DNA from: Caldisericota bacterium
GTDB lineage: Bacteria; Caldisericota; Caldisericia; JAAYUI01
NCBI GenBank assembly: GCA_029548865.1
Contig: JAKPMO010000026.1
Coordinates: 68,877 to 132,876 of the forward strand
Direction of reading: 5' to 3'
Length of the DNA stretch: 64,000 nucleotides
The position numbers and the translations under genes were made by a program. Position 1 is the stretch's first letter. Each line of letters begins with the position of its first letter. Below, one piece after another: positions 50,455-58,867 of this stretch. The notes beneath the pieces are model-generated. The model saw only the letters and a list, made by a program, of their open reading frames with translations, was not told the DNA's origin and did not search any database.

Positions 50455-51519
50455 CTATTCAAGCCCCAGTTTTGTTGCCAGATCATGGATTTTGAAAGAA
50501 TATTCTAAACTTACGAATGATTGTCTAAAACCCAATTTTCTATTTATTTTAAGCATGTGCTCATTCTTTGTATCATTTCCAGTTGCAATGAAAATAACAT
50601 CAGGTTTTGTCTCTCTTATCTTGAGGAGCATCTCTGCTTTTAACCATTTGCCAAGGTTTTTGCCCCTCTTCTCTTTTAGGACGCCGGTCATGTCCTGGTC
50701 TATCTTGTATGGCTCTCTTTTATCGTATGAAATTTCAGTGTATCCGACAATTGTTCCATTGGCTTCCCTTGCAACTGCTATGATAGCATCTCTAGTTCCT
50801 TCCTCAATGCGTTTTTTCTCATATTCTGTGAAGTCTTTCCTGAAAAACTCTTCATCAAAGAGTGGTTCCTCGTCAAAAAGGGAGAGTTCTTTGAAAAAGG
50901 TAACTTCCATCTCCAAATATTGATCCCAATCTTTTCCAGTGAGTTTATCGTGAAATTCTATTTTTATATCAGGCGTTTTTGTTTCAGCTTCAGTTTTCCA
51001 GCTCTCCACCATCTTCCAGTCAATATCTTTGATATCCAGTTTGTTGAAGCCGAAGTTAGAAACCACCTTACCCTGAAAGTGCTCGCAGAAAACTTTTCCT
51101 GAATCAAGCATGCTGTACATTTCAATTATCTTGATATCCATCTTTAGCGCTTCTTGGGTCATCTTTTTTAGAATTGCAGTACCAACACCTTTACGCCTAC
51201 ACTCTGGTAAAGTCCTTATGTAGAATGTCGACAAAAATTTGAATTCATCAGCTTCCACACCTGGCTTTACAAATTGCATACTTCCTGTCCCTATGTATGC
51301 ACCATCCTTGAAAACTGCAAAATACCTGTTGCACCAAGACGGGTCATTCCCCTGGATCCGTTGTTTTAAAATATCTGGTGGTAATGCTGGTTCATCCGGG
51401 CGTTCTTCTTTATATATCCGGTTGTATATGGTATAATATTTATCGAAGAGCTCAAAAGAGGCGTTCTTCAGATCGTATTCGACAACTTCCCAATCATATG
51501 GTTTATTTGTGTCTCCCAT
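50455..51519 (-). CDS. Tandem-GNAT acetyltransferase
   Basis: RRKGVGTAIL and TGV...RGKNLGKWLK...N.HMLKINRKLGF; start probably ATG 51519. Confidence 0.85.
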   Translation of the reverse strand: MGDTNKPYDWEVVEYDLKNASFELFDKYYTIYNRIYKEERPDEPALPPDILKQRIQGNDPSWCNRYFAVFKDGAYIGTGSMQFVKPGVEADEFKFLSTFYIRTLPECRRKGVGTAILKKMTQEALKMDIKIIEMYSMLDSGKVFCEHFQGKVVSNFGFNKLDIKDIDWKMVESWKTEAETKTPDIKIEFHDKLTGKDWDQYLEMEVTFFKELSLFDEEPLFDEEFFRKDFTEYEKKRIEEGTRDAIIAVAREANGTIVGYTEISYDKREPYKIDQDMTGVLKEKRGKNLGKWLKAEMLLKIRETKPDVIFIATGNDTKNEHMLKINRKLGFRQSFVSLEYSFKIHDLATKLGLE

Positions 51520-51606
51520 GGCATTGCATTTTATGTGATATTTTATGAATGGCAATAATTGAGGTTTTGTTCCCAATAAGTATATGTATCAAGAATCTGA
51601 TCCGGT

Positions 51607-52488
51607 TTACATTGAACCCAACGAAATAAGGCTACAACATGTCGGGTGCTTGATTATTGTCAAACCCAGCCTTGCGGCCTCTTCTTCTGCCTGTTTGCTT
51701 GGAACTGCAATCCCATCGACCCCGGCCCTTATTGCCAAGATGTCGGTTTGCCTTTTGTGCTCCCCAACCGGCCTCGCGCAACCCAGATTGATGAATGTTC
51801 TTGGCATTAATGATTTTGCCAGGCCTATGATCTCGGCCACTCTCTCTGGTGTTGGCGGATTTGCCTCACCCATCGGAGTGTGCCTGCTTGGCCTGAGAGC
51901 TATTATAACCACTGTTTTTGGTGAGTATCCGGCAATCATCTCCAGCGCTTTTTCCTCGTCAGAAGGCTTGCCGTAATCAAGCCCAACGAGGACATGTGGC
52001 ACAACATGGAGACCAGATTGGAAAACTGCATCCACTGCCCTTGCAGCAATCCCGTTTGGCAATTTGTAAATTCTCCTGGCTACATCATCACTGCCTATGA
52101 CATCAATCAGTGCCTGGTCAATTTTTGCCTGTTTAAGTAATCTTGCCTGATCTTCATCCGCAAAACCGGAGTGTACTGACAGAATGAGTTTTGTTTTTTG
52201 TTTTATCTCCAGAAGTGCTGGCCAAAAAGTTTCCCAGGGCAATTTGCCATTTTTGTCTGATCCACCTGAAACGAGGATTCCTCTTGCTCCTGAAGAGTTT
52301 GCTTTCAGCGCAAACTCAACAAGTTTTTCTGGCGTCGAGCAATCTGGCATGGTGCACAGGATGTGCGCCATGCAATGATCGCACATCAAGATGCATGTTT
52401 TGCCTGTTATTGATACCGCTGGATAAATGCCTGTTTCACCATCGACAGTAAACATCCCCGGTAGAAAAAACTCTATTTTGCCGTTCAC
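51607..52488 (-). CDS. Radical SAM protein, LipS1-like
   Basis: CILMCDHC, SGG, VVPHVLVGL, LGCARP, C-terminal TCCS. Confidence 0.8.
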   Translation of the reverse strand: MNGKIEFFLPGMFTVDGETGIYPAVSITGKTCILMCDHCMAHILCTMPDCSTPEKLVEFALKANSSGARGILVSGGSDKNGKLPWETFWPALLEIKQKTKLILSVHSGFADEDQARLLKQAKIDQALIDVIGSDDVARRIYKLPNGIAARAVDAVFQSGLHVVPHVLVGLDYGKPSDEEKALEMIAGYSPKTVVIIALRPSRHTPMGEANPPTPERVAEIIGLAKSLMPRTFINLGCARPVGEHKRQTDILAIRAGVDGIAVPSKQAEEEAARLGLTIIKHPTCCSLISLGSM

Positions 52489-54125
52489 TCTGCAGCGTGA
52501 CCCTCGTCAGCATGGACAACATCACCGAGTACTGATTGCGCAATATTGACGCAATGGTCGCCTATTCTTTCAAGATTGCTTGACATATCCAGATAGAATA
52601 TTCCGTTATCAGGTTTGCAGTCATTTGTTTTGAGACGTTCTATATGTTCATCCCTTATCTGGTCGGTTTTTTTGTCGATTGCTTTTTCTTTTTCAAACAT
52701 TTGTCTTGCGAGCTTTTTGTCGTAGTCCGTGAGCGCTCGTTTTACAAGATCAGTTGATTCTTCGACGGTATCATAGAGCTCGAATAGTGAAGCAAGTCCT
52801 GCATCCGAGAACCTGACGTTGTTGTCTATCATTCCTTCGGCAAGTTCTGCCAGGTTTGTTGCATGATCACCAATCCTCTCTACATCATGCACAGCTTTCA
52901 GCAAGACTATGGCACGATCTGCCTGTTCGTCAGAGAGTGATTTTTGTGTCAGCTTGGAAATAAAAGTTGTGATTGCCATCTGCAGGGAATCAACTGTATT
53001 TTCGTTGTCCATGATGAGTGTAATAAGCCTGTGGTTCCTTGTTTTGATCATCTCTCTTGTTGATTTTATCATGCCCTCTGCAATGCTGAGCATCCTTGCC
53101 ATCTCTTGTGTTGCCTGTTCAAGGGCCAGCGATGGAGTTACAAGGATTTTGTCTGAGATGAATTTTATTCCATGTTCAGCGACCATCTCTTTGCCTGGCA
53201 TTATCCATTTGATCAATTTCTCATAGTAGGAAGTGAGGGGGAGCATGATTATCGTCATTGATATATTAAAGAAAGTATGGAAGTTGGCAGTCTGCCTTGC
53301 TGGTTCTGATGATAATGCCTGCATGAGCGAGGTGACTGGGATAACAAAAGGTATGAAAACCACGACTCCTATAACGTTGAACATCAGATGCGCCAAAGCA
53401 ACCCTTCTTGCGCCAAGATTGCCACCTATTGAAGCAAGCAGTGCCGTAACACATGTTCCGATATTTGCACCCATCATCAGGCCTATTGCACCTGTCAGGT
53501 TTATCAGGCCTGCGCCGATAAGAGCTATTACAAGACCCGATGTTGCAGATGAAGACTGGATTATTCCGGTAAAAATTGCTCCGGCCAGAATGCCAAGGAA
53601 GAGGTTTCCAGAGACACTTGCAAGGAAAGATTTCACCGATTCAACATCTTTTATGAAAAGGACTGATTGTGACAGAAAACTCATGCCCAGGAAGAGGATT
53701 CCAAAACCCAATAAAACTTCTCCGAAGAGTCTGAGCGCCTTTTTTGTTCCAAACAGTCTTAATACAACCCCAAGAAAGATTGCAGGCATTATGATCCATT
53801 CAATCTTGAATGCCACAAGCTGTGCAGTTACTGTTGTCCCGATATTAGCTCCAAAAATTACTCCAAGAGCCTGGGAAAGTGACATCAATCCAGCATTTAC
53901 AAAACCAACCAGCATTACAGTTGTTGCCGAAGATGACTGGATTATACCGGTAATGATTGCCCCGACGAGGACGCCGTAAATTGGTTTTCTGGTCAGCTTT
54001 TCAAGAATGTATCTGAGTTTATCTCCAGCGGCTTTCTGGAGACCGTCACCCATCATCTGCATGCCCCAGATGAAAAGGGCAAGGCCACCAAGGAGTTCAA
54101 ATGTCATTTTCACATAATCGTTCAT
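52485..54125 (-). CDS. Na+/Pi cotransporter family protein with PhoU domains
   Basis: Two QSSSAT and GANIGT repeats; two ERIGDH motifs. Confidence 0.93.
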   Translation of the reverse strand: MNDYVKMTFELLGGLALFIWGMQMMGDGLQKAAGDKLRYILEKLTRKPIYGVLVGAIITGIIQSSSATTVMLVGFVNAGLMSLSQALGVIFGANIGTTVTAQLVAFKIEWIIMPAIFLGVVLRLFGTKKALRLFGEVLLGFGILFLGMSFLSQSVLFIKDVESVKSFLASVSGNLFLGILAGAIFTGIIQSSSATSGLVIALIGAGLINLTGAIGLMMGANIGTCVTALLASIGGNLGARRVALAHLMFNVIGVVVFIPFVIPVTSLMQALSSEPARQTANFHTFFNISMTIIMLPLTSYYEKLIKWIMPGKEMVAEHGIKFISDKILVTPSLALEQATQEMARMLSIAEGMIKSTREMIKTRNHRLITLIMDNENTVDSLQMAITTFISKLTQKSLSDEQADRAIVLLKAVHDVERIGDHATNLAELAEGMIDNNVRFSDAGLASLFELYDTVEESTDLVKRALTDYDKKLARQMFEKEKAIDKKTDQIRDEHIERLKTNDCKPDNGIFYLDMSSNLERIGDHCVNIAQSVLGDVVHADEGHAAE

Positions 54126-54183
54126 GTTTTACCTCGCGAGGAGTGATTGTAAGAGTTGTGTTAGAAATTTGCAAACAAGCTGG

Positions 54184-55524
54184 TTAAACCTTGTGTCGCT
54201 TCCAGCGTCCAGTCCTGAATACAGAAATTGAGATTATGGCCATCACAATAGAGCCTGCATTGATACCCCACCAGACGCCATATTGCCCAAACATGTTCGC
54301 AAGAACGAAGCACAAAGGGATCTGGAGGACCCATTGTGTGCCCGCAGAAATCATGAGAGCAGTTATCGTGTCCCCAGCGCCACTCAGACCCCTTTGTGGA
54401 ATGAAGCTGAGTGGCATGAGAATGTTTGCGATGAATGTTGTTGAGAGTATTATTCTGCCTTCATCAATTACCGTTGGATCGTTATTAAACAACCCAACTA
54501 TGGTTTTTGCAAATGCCACAAAAAGTATGCTCAGAGAAACAACTATGATTGTATTGTAGAAGAGAGCCTTATAAACAGCCTGCTCGGACCTCTCCGGTTT
54601 TCTGGCCCCGAGGTTCTGACCAACGAGTGTTGCGACTGCATTGCCCATTCCCACTACCGGCAACGTTATGAATTCCTGGGCCCTTATCGAAACCGTGTAT
54701 GCTGCCGTGACAGCGTCGCCAAACCTTGAGACAATCCCCATGAGAAATGTCCTTGCGGTGAACATTACAAATGTCTGGAGTGACGAGGGAAGGCCAATTT
54801 TCAGGACATTCATCATGAGATGGGATTTTATTCTTATCAGACCTTCAGACATCTCTGAGAATGTTTTGTAGGAGAACCATGTAAGTATGGATGCGGCTAC
54901 AAATTCGGAGAAAATGGTCGCTATTGCAGCTCCTGCAATGCCCAATTCTGGAAATCCAAGCCAGCCGAAGATGAGTACCGGATCCAGGAACATGTTTAAT
55001 ACTACTGCAATGATGTTTGCTATAAGTGTCAGTTTTGGGCGTCCTGCACCCCTTAATGCTCCTCCATTAATGGAGGAGATGAAAAGGAGTGGTCTGGCAG
55101 CAAATATCCAGATGTAATACTGTTTTCCAAGCTCCAGTGTTTCTGGTGACATTCCGAAAAGGTCCAGGATCGGGTTTTGAAGGACTATCATTATCAGGGT
55201 GACCAGAATTCCTATCACCAACCCTATGATCGTACCGTTGAGCCACCCTTCTGCGGCACCCTTTCCGTTGCGTTCCCCGATTCTCCTGGAGACAATTGCT
55301 ATGACTCCGATTGAGAGGCCGAATGCAATTGAGGAAATTGTTATCATCAGCATTCCAACGATGCCTGCAGCAGCGAGTGCTTCCTTGCCAAGTCTCCCAA
55401 CCCAGAACATGTCGGTAAGGTTCAGTATCGTCAACACCACTGATTCGAGCATCATAGGCAAGGCAAGTGACCAGAGTGCTGTGGAAATGGGTTTGTTTAT
55501 GATTGTGTCTCTGTATTCATCCAT
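54184..55524 (-). CDS. MATE efflux transporter
   Basis: LALPMM, DMFWVGRLG, LDPVLIFG..GIAGAAIAT, GQNLGA. Confidence 0.93.
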   Translation of the reverse strand: MDEYRDTIINKPISTALWSLALPMMLESVVLTILNLTDMFWVGRLGKEALAAAGIVGMLMITISSIAFGLSIGVIAIVSRRIGERNGKGAAEGWLNGTIIGLVIGILVTLIMIVLQNPILDLFGMSPETLELGKQYYIWIFAARPLLFISSINGGALRGAGRPKLTLIANIIAVVLNMFLDPVLIFGWLGFPELGIAGAAIATIFSEFVAASILTWFSYKTFSEMSEGLIRIKSHLMMNVLKIGLPSSLQTFVMFTARTFLMGIVSRFGDAVTAAYTVSIRAQEFITLPVVGMGNAVATLVGQNLGARKPERSEQAVYKALFYNTIIVVSLSILFVAFAKTIVGLFNNDPTVIDEGRIILSTTFIANILMPLSFIPQRGLSGAGDTITALMISAGTQWVLQIPLCFVLANMFGQYGVWWGINAGSIVMAIISISVFRTGRWKRHKV

Positions 55525-55642
55525 AGGCCCTAGATTCTATCCCGAAATAAAATTTGAATCTTTAAAACAAAACCCAAGCCATGATGTTGTCGAGAAAAAT
55601 CGCTATTTATAGAGGTTTGCGTTTCATTCTGGTATGGTGGCC

Positions 55643-55681
55643 ATAAAAAAACCGGCCTCAAAATGAGGCCGGTTTTTTTAT
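55643..55681. terminator. Intrinsic terminator
   Basis: ATAAAAAAACCGGCCTCA-AAA-TGAGGCCGGTTTTTTTAT. Confidence 0.88.
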
Positions 55682-55698
55682 TTGGTTTTTTTAATGGA

Positions 55699-56040
55699 TT
55701 ACTGCTTATCCTTGAGTTCTTCCAGGTTCTTGCCAGCCTCTTTTGCAAAATTCACAAACTCTTTTAGTGTTTCACACATGTAAGAATCGCATTTTGCGCA
55801 GTTTTCAACACCCTTGGAATTGGCGCATGATCTTACCTTGCACTCGTTGCAATAGCCGATATGCGCGCCTTCAAGAGAACAGCCAACGCAGTTGATGTCC
55901 TCCGGTTTTGCATCAAAACCAAATTCTGCCTTCCACTTCTTTGCGATTTCCGCCTTCAGTTTTGTGTCATTGTTTTTTGTGGCAATATAGGCATCGCATT
56001 TTGAACAGTCCAGACCGCACCTTGCATATAGTTCTGCCAT
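55699..56040 (-). CDS. DUF3795-like Cys-rich protein
   Basis: CGLDCSKC...CVGC...CNECKVRSC...CAKC...C. Confidence 0.85.
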   Translation of the reverse strand: MAELYARCGLDCSKCDAYIATKNNDTKLKAEIAKKWKAEFGFDAKPEDINCVGCSLEGAHIGYCNECKVRSCANSKGVENCAKCDSYMCETLKEFVNFAKEAGKNLEELKDKQ

Positions 56041-56103
56041 TTTTTTGCTCCTTCGATTTTTTGATTTTTAAAAAGAAAAAAGAGGGGATTTTTTGAGGGT
56101 TAA

Positions 56104-56189
56104 TGGTGGGCAGTGAAGGATTCGAACCTCCGAAGACATGAGTCAACAGATTTACAGTCTGCCGCGTTTGACCGCTTCGCTAACTGCCC
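56104..56189 (-). tRNA. tRNA-Tyr(GTA)
   Basis: 86 nt with a long variable arm; anticodon loop CTGTAAA; TTCGAAT; ACCA end. Confidence 0.95.
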
Positions 56190-56260
56190 ACTACTCCATG
56201 AATATATAGCAATCGAGGTGTTTTCAGTCAAGGACGCGATTTAAAAAACGCCATAAACAT

Positions 56261-56830
56261 TTATTTGATGGTTTTTCCGTCTTCAAAACCGTTGCCAATT
56301 TTTTCACCAATTGCCCTGTAGCTTGCATCTCCTGTATCCCATACAAAGGGCTTGAATTTTTCCATTGAAAGGTGGTCTTTTTCATCAAGAAGGTTCTCAT
56401 CTGCTTTTACATCCATTATTTCACCAACAAACTCGGTGTGGAGGCCAATTTCCAGCGTATGCAGGAGCTTGCATTCGAGCACTACTTCAAACTCTGATGG
56501 ATATGGTGCATCGACGATGTCTGATCTTATTGGTGTTAGACCAAGTTTTTTGAACTTGTCCTCGTCTCTACCAGACACAATGCCGACGTGGTCTGCCTCT
56601 CTGACGAATTTTTGGGATGGAATGGACACGGTAAATGCCTTTCTGGTCATTATGTTGCCATAGGTTAGTGTTGCCTTGCGCAGCGAAATATAAACACATG
56701 GTGGTTTTGAACAGCAGACTCCTGCCCATGCGGCGCACATCATGTTTGGTCTGTCATCCTCGCCATAGCTGCCAACTATCCATACCGGCGTTGGGAAAGC
56801 CAACACCTTTGCGCCCAAAGATTTCTTCAT
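56261..56830 (-). CDS. Flavin reductase-like protein (flavoredoxin)
   Basis: PTPVWIVGSY, AAWAG, GIVSGRDEDKF, LECKL, GLHTEFVGEI. Confidence 0.88.
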   Translation of the reverse strand: MKKSLGAKVLAFPTPVWIVGSYGEDDRPNMMCAAWAGVCCSKPPCVYISLRKATLTYGNIMTRKAFTVSIPSQKFVREADHVGIVSGRDEDKFKKLGLTPIRSDIVDAPYPSEFEVVLECKLLHTLEIGLHTEFVGEIMDVKADENLLDEKDHLSMEKFKPFVWDTGDASYRAIGEKIGNGFEDGKTIK

Positions 56831-56888
56831 GCGTTGCCTCCTTTTTATCAGACCATGATAAGTTTCTGTCTCGCTTTTTCAATCGCCC

Positions 56889-56917
56889 TTGAAAAGAATG
56901 GCCTCAAAAAATAGAAT
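56889..56917 (+). promoter_or_regulatory. Promoter of a probable leaderless gene
   Basis: TTGAAA-N17-TAGAAT, 7 nt before ATG 56925. Confidence 0.6.
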
Positions 56918-56924
56918 TCTTGCC

Positions 56925-58241
56925 ATGAAAAAAGCGACTGTCATGGGTTTGGGTTATGTTGGTCTTCCGCTTTCGCTTGTTTTGTGGAGCAGAGGTTTTG
57001 AGGTTTACGGCCTTGATGTCAGGGAAAGGTACATCAAAGACCTTTGTGAGGGCAGGGTCAAAATGGCCGAGTCCTTCAATGGAGAACCAATCACGTCAGT
57101 CCTGAAAAGGGCTGTTGCCTCTGGTAGATACCATCCGACAACTGATCCGGACCTTGCCCTGGGTTATGATGACCAGCAAATCATTCTTACGGTTGGCATA
57201 CCCCTTGTTGATGGCAAAACTTACACCAAGGACCTGGAGGCCGCCCTTGATACACTTGGCAACAGGCTCAGAAAAGGTGCCCTCGTAATTGCCAGGTCAA
57301 CGGTGATAGTTGGCTACACAAGGTCTTTCATAAAACCGCGTTTGGAAGAACGTTCTGGTCTTTGCGCGACAGAGGATTTTGATCTCGCATTCTCTTCGGA
57401 AAGAATGGCCGAGAATGTCGCTTTTGAGGAGCTTATCGGCATGGTAACGCCAGTGGCTGGGCTTACTCCCAGGGCAACCCGTAGGGCAGCAGACCTTCTC
57501 AGGGAAATGGGTGTAAAGGAAGTGCTTGAGGCCTCCAGCCCAGAAGCGGTGGAAACAGCCAAGGTTTTTGAAAATATCGCAAGGGATGTCAACATAGCCC
57601 TTGCAAATGAGTATGCAAATTTCTGTGCGGCCTATGGCCTGGACACAAAAGAAGTGCTTTCAATAGTGCGCACCCACAAGAGGGTCGGTTTCCTTCATCA
57701 TCCTGGGCCAGGGGTTGGCGGTCACTGCCTTCCACAGGCAATGTTTTATCTAAAACCGACGGCAGACAGTGTCGGAGTTGGGTTACCGGTCATTTCAACA
57801 GCCAGAAAGGCCAACGATGATCAGCCTGTTCATGTTGCCAGCCTCGCAAAATCATGGCTTGATGTGCATGGCAAAAAGAATGGGAAAGTTGCCCTGATCG
57901 GACTTGCAATGAAGGATTACAGCACTGATGCAAGACTCAGCCCGGCTGTTGATCTTGCCAGAGCACTTCTCAAAAACGGACTTGGTGTTGTTTGTTGGGA
58001 CCCGATTGCCGATGTTGAAAGCATCTCCGGCTTGCCACCATGTGTTTCGACAATCGAAGAGGCGACAAAAGGTGCCGATGTTGTTATAATAGCTGCTAGA
58101 CAGGAACCGCTACCGGAAAAAAGCCCTGCTGGCTTGAAACTGCTATCTGGCATGTCAAAACCGGGGTTGCTCCTGGATTGCAGATTTGCCTTTGACAGAG
58201 CGGAGGTCATAAAGAATGGAATTGATTACATCGCCCTCTAA
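56925..58241 (+). CDS. Nucleotide-sugar dehydrogenase (UDP-GlcNAc/ManNAc dehydrogenase family)
   Basis: GLGYVGLP, AKVFENIARDVNIALANE, PGPGVGGHC. Confidence 0.88.
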   Translation: MKKATVMGLGYVGLPLSLVLWSRGFEVYGLDVRERYIKDLCEGRVKMAESFNGEPITSVLKRAVASGRYHPTTDPDLALGYDDQQIILTVGIPLVDGKTYTKDLEAALDTLGNRLRKGALVIARSTVIVGYTRSFIKPRLEERSGLCATEDFDLAFSSERMAENVAFEELIGMVTPVAGLTPRATRRAADLLREMGVKEVLEASSPEAVETAKVFENIARDVNIALANEYANFCAAYGLDTKEVLSIVRTHKRVGFLHHPGPGVGGHCLPQAMFYLKPTADSVGVGLPVISTARKANDDQPVHVASLAKSWLDVHGKKNGKVALIGLAMKDYSTDARLSPAVDLARALLKNGLGVVCWDPIADVESISGLPPCVSTIEEATKGADVVIIAARQEPLPEKSPAGLKLLSGMSKPGLLLDCRFAFDRAEVIKNGIDYIAL

Positions 58242-58689
58242 AAAGACTGGTTTTTGGACACAAATTGTTGCTTTTAAGAGAAGATTTCTGTCTGATTGGG
58301 CCAGGGCGATTGAATACTTTGTTTGGGGACTTGGTTTCGCAGAGGCGATCTCTTTTATTTTCTGGGCAACAACCGGTTCTGACTATGCACACTGGATCAT
58401 AAGAATGGTTCTCTCACCGATTTTTCTTTATCTGTATGGTGTGAGATACATGAGGTTTGTCCCAACTCAGCAAAAGGAGAATCGCAGGCTGGGACTTCTC
58501 TGGTTTCTCCTCAATGTAGGTTTCGATCTTGTGGTCATAGTTGTCATTGCAGGGTTTGATTTTTCAAGGGTATTTCTGAAGAGTCAGCCGTTCCTGATTT
58601 TAGGCTATATAGGCGTGCTGGTTTCACCGTGGATAATGGACACCAAAAAACACAAGCAACACAAGGATGATACCTGGATTGGCATGTGA
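58216..58689 (+). CDS. Small membrane protein (about 4 TM)
   Basis: Hydrophobic segments; overlaps the upstream gene end. Confidence 0.6.
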   Translation: MELITSPSKKTGFWTQIVAFKRRFLSDWARAIEYFVWGLGFAEAISFIFWATTGSDYAHWIIRMVLSPIFLYLYGVRYMRFVPTQQKENRRLGLLWFLLNVGFDLVVIVVIAGFDFSRVFLKSQPFLILGYIGVLVSPWIMDTKKHKQHKDDTWIGM

Positions 58690-58692
58690 ACC

Positions 58693-58721
58693 TTGACAAG
58701 GTAGCCAACCTGGGCTAATTT
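58693..58721 (+). promoter_or_regulatory. tRNA-Gly promoter
   Basis: TTGACA-N17-TAATTT. Confidence 0.6.
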
Positions 58722-58732
58722 TTAATGGCCAT

Positions 58733-58807
58733 GCGGGTGTAGCTCAGTGGTAGAGCATTAGCCTTCCAAGCTAATGGTCGCGGGTTCAAGTCCCGTCGCC
58801 CGCTCCA
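58733..58807 (+). tRNA. tRNA-Gly(TCC)
   Basis: GCGGGTG...CGCCCGC-TCCA; anticodon loop CTTCCAA. Confidence 0.95.
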
Positions 58808-58818
58808 TAAGAAAACAC

Positions 58819-58847
58819 AAAAGGGTCAGATTTTTCTGGCCCTTTTT
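58819..58847. terminator. Terminator between tRNA-Gly and the R-M gene
   Basis: AAAAGGGTCAGA-TTTT-TCTGGCCCTTTTT. Confidence 0.75.
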
Positions 58848-58867
58848 ATTTTATTCCATCTTGTTTG

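Noticed and set aside
53233..53979. 248-aa plus-strand ORF
   Set aside because: Antisense shadow of the Na/Pi cotransporter.
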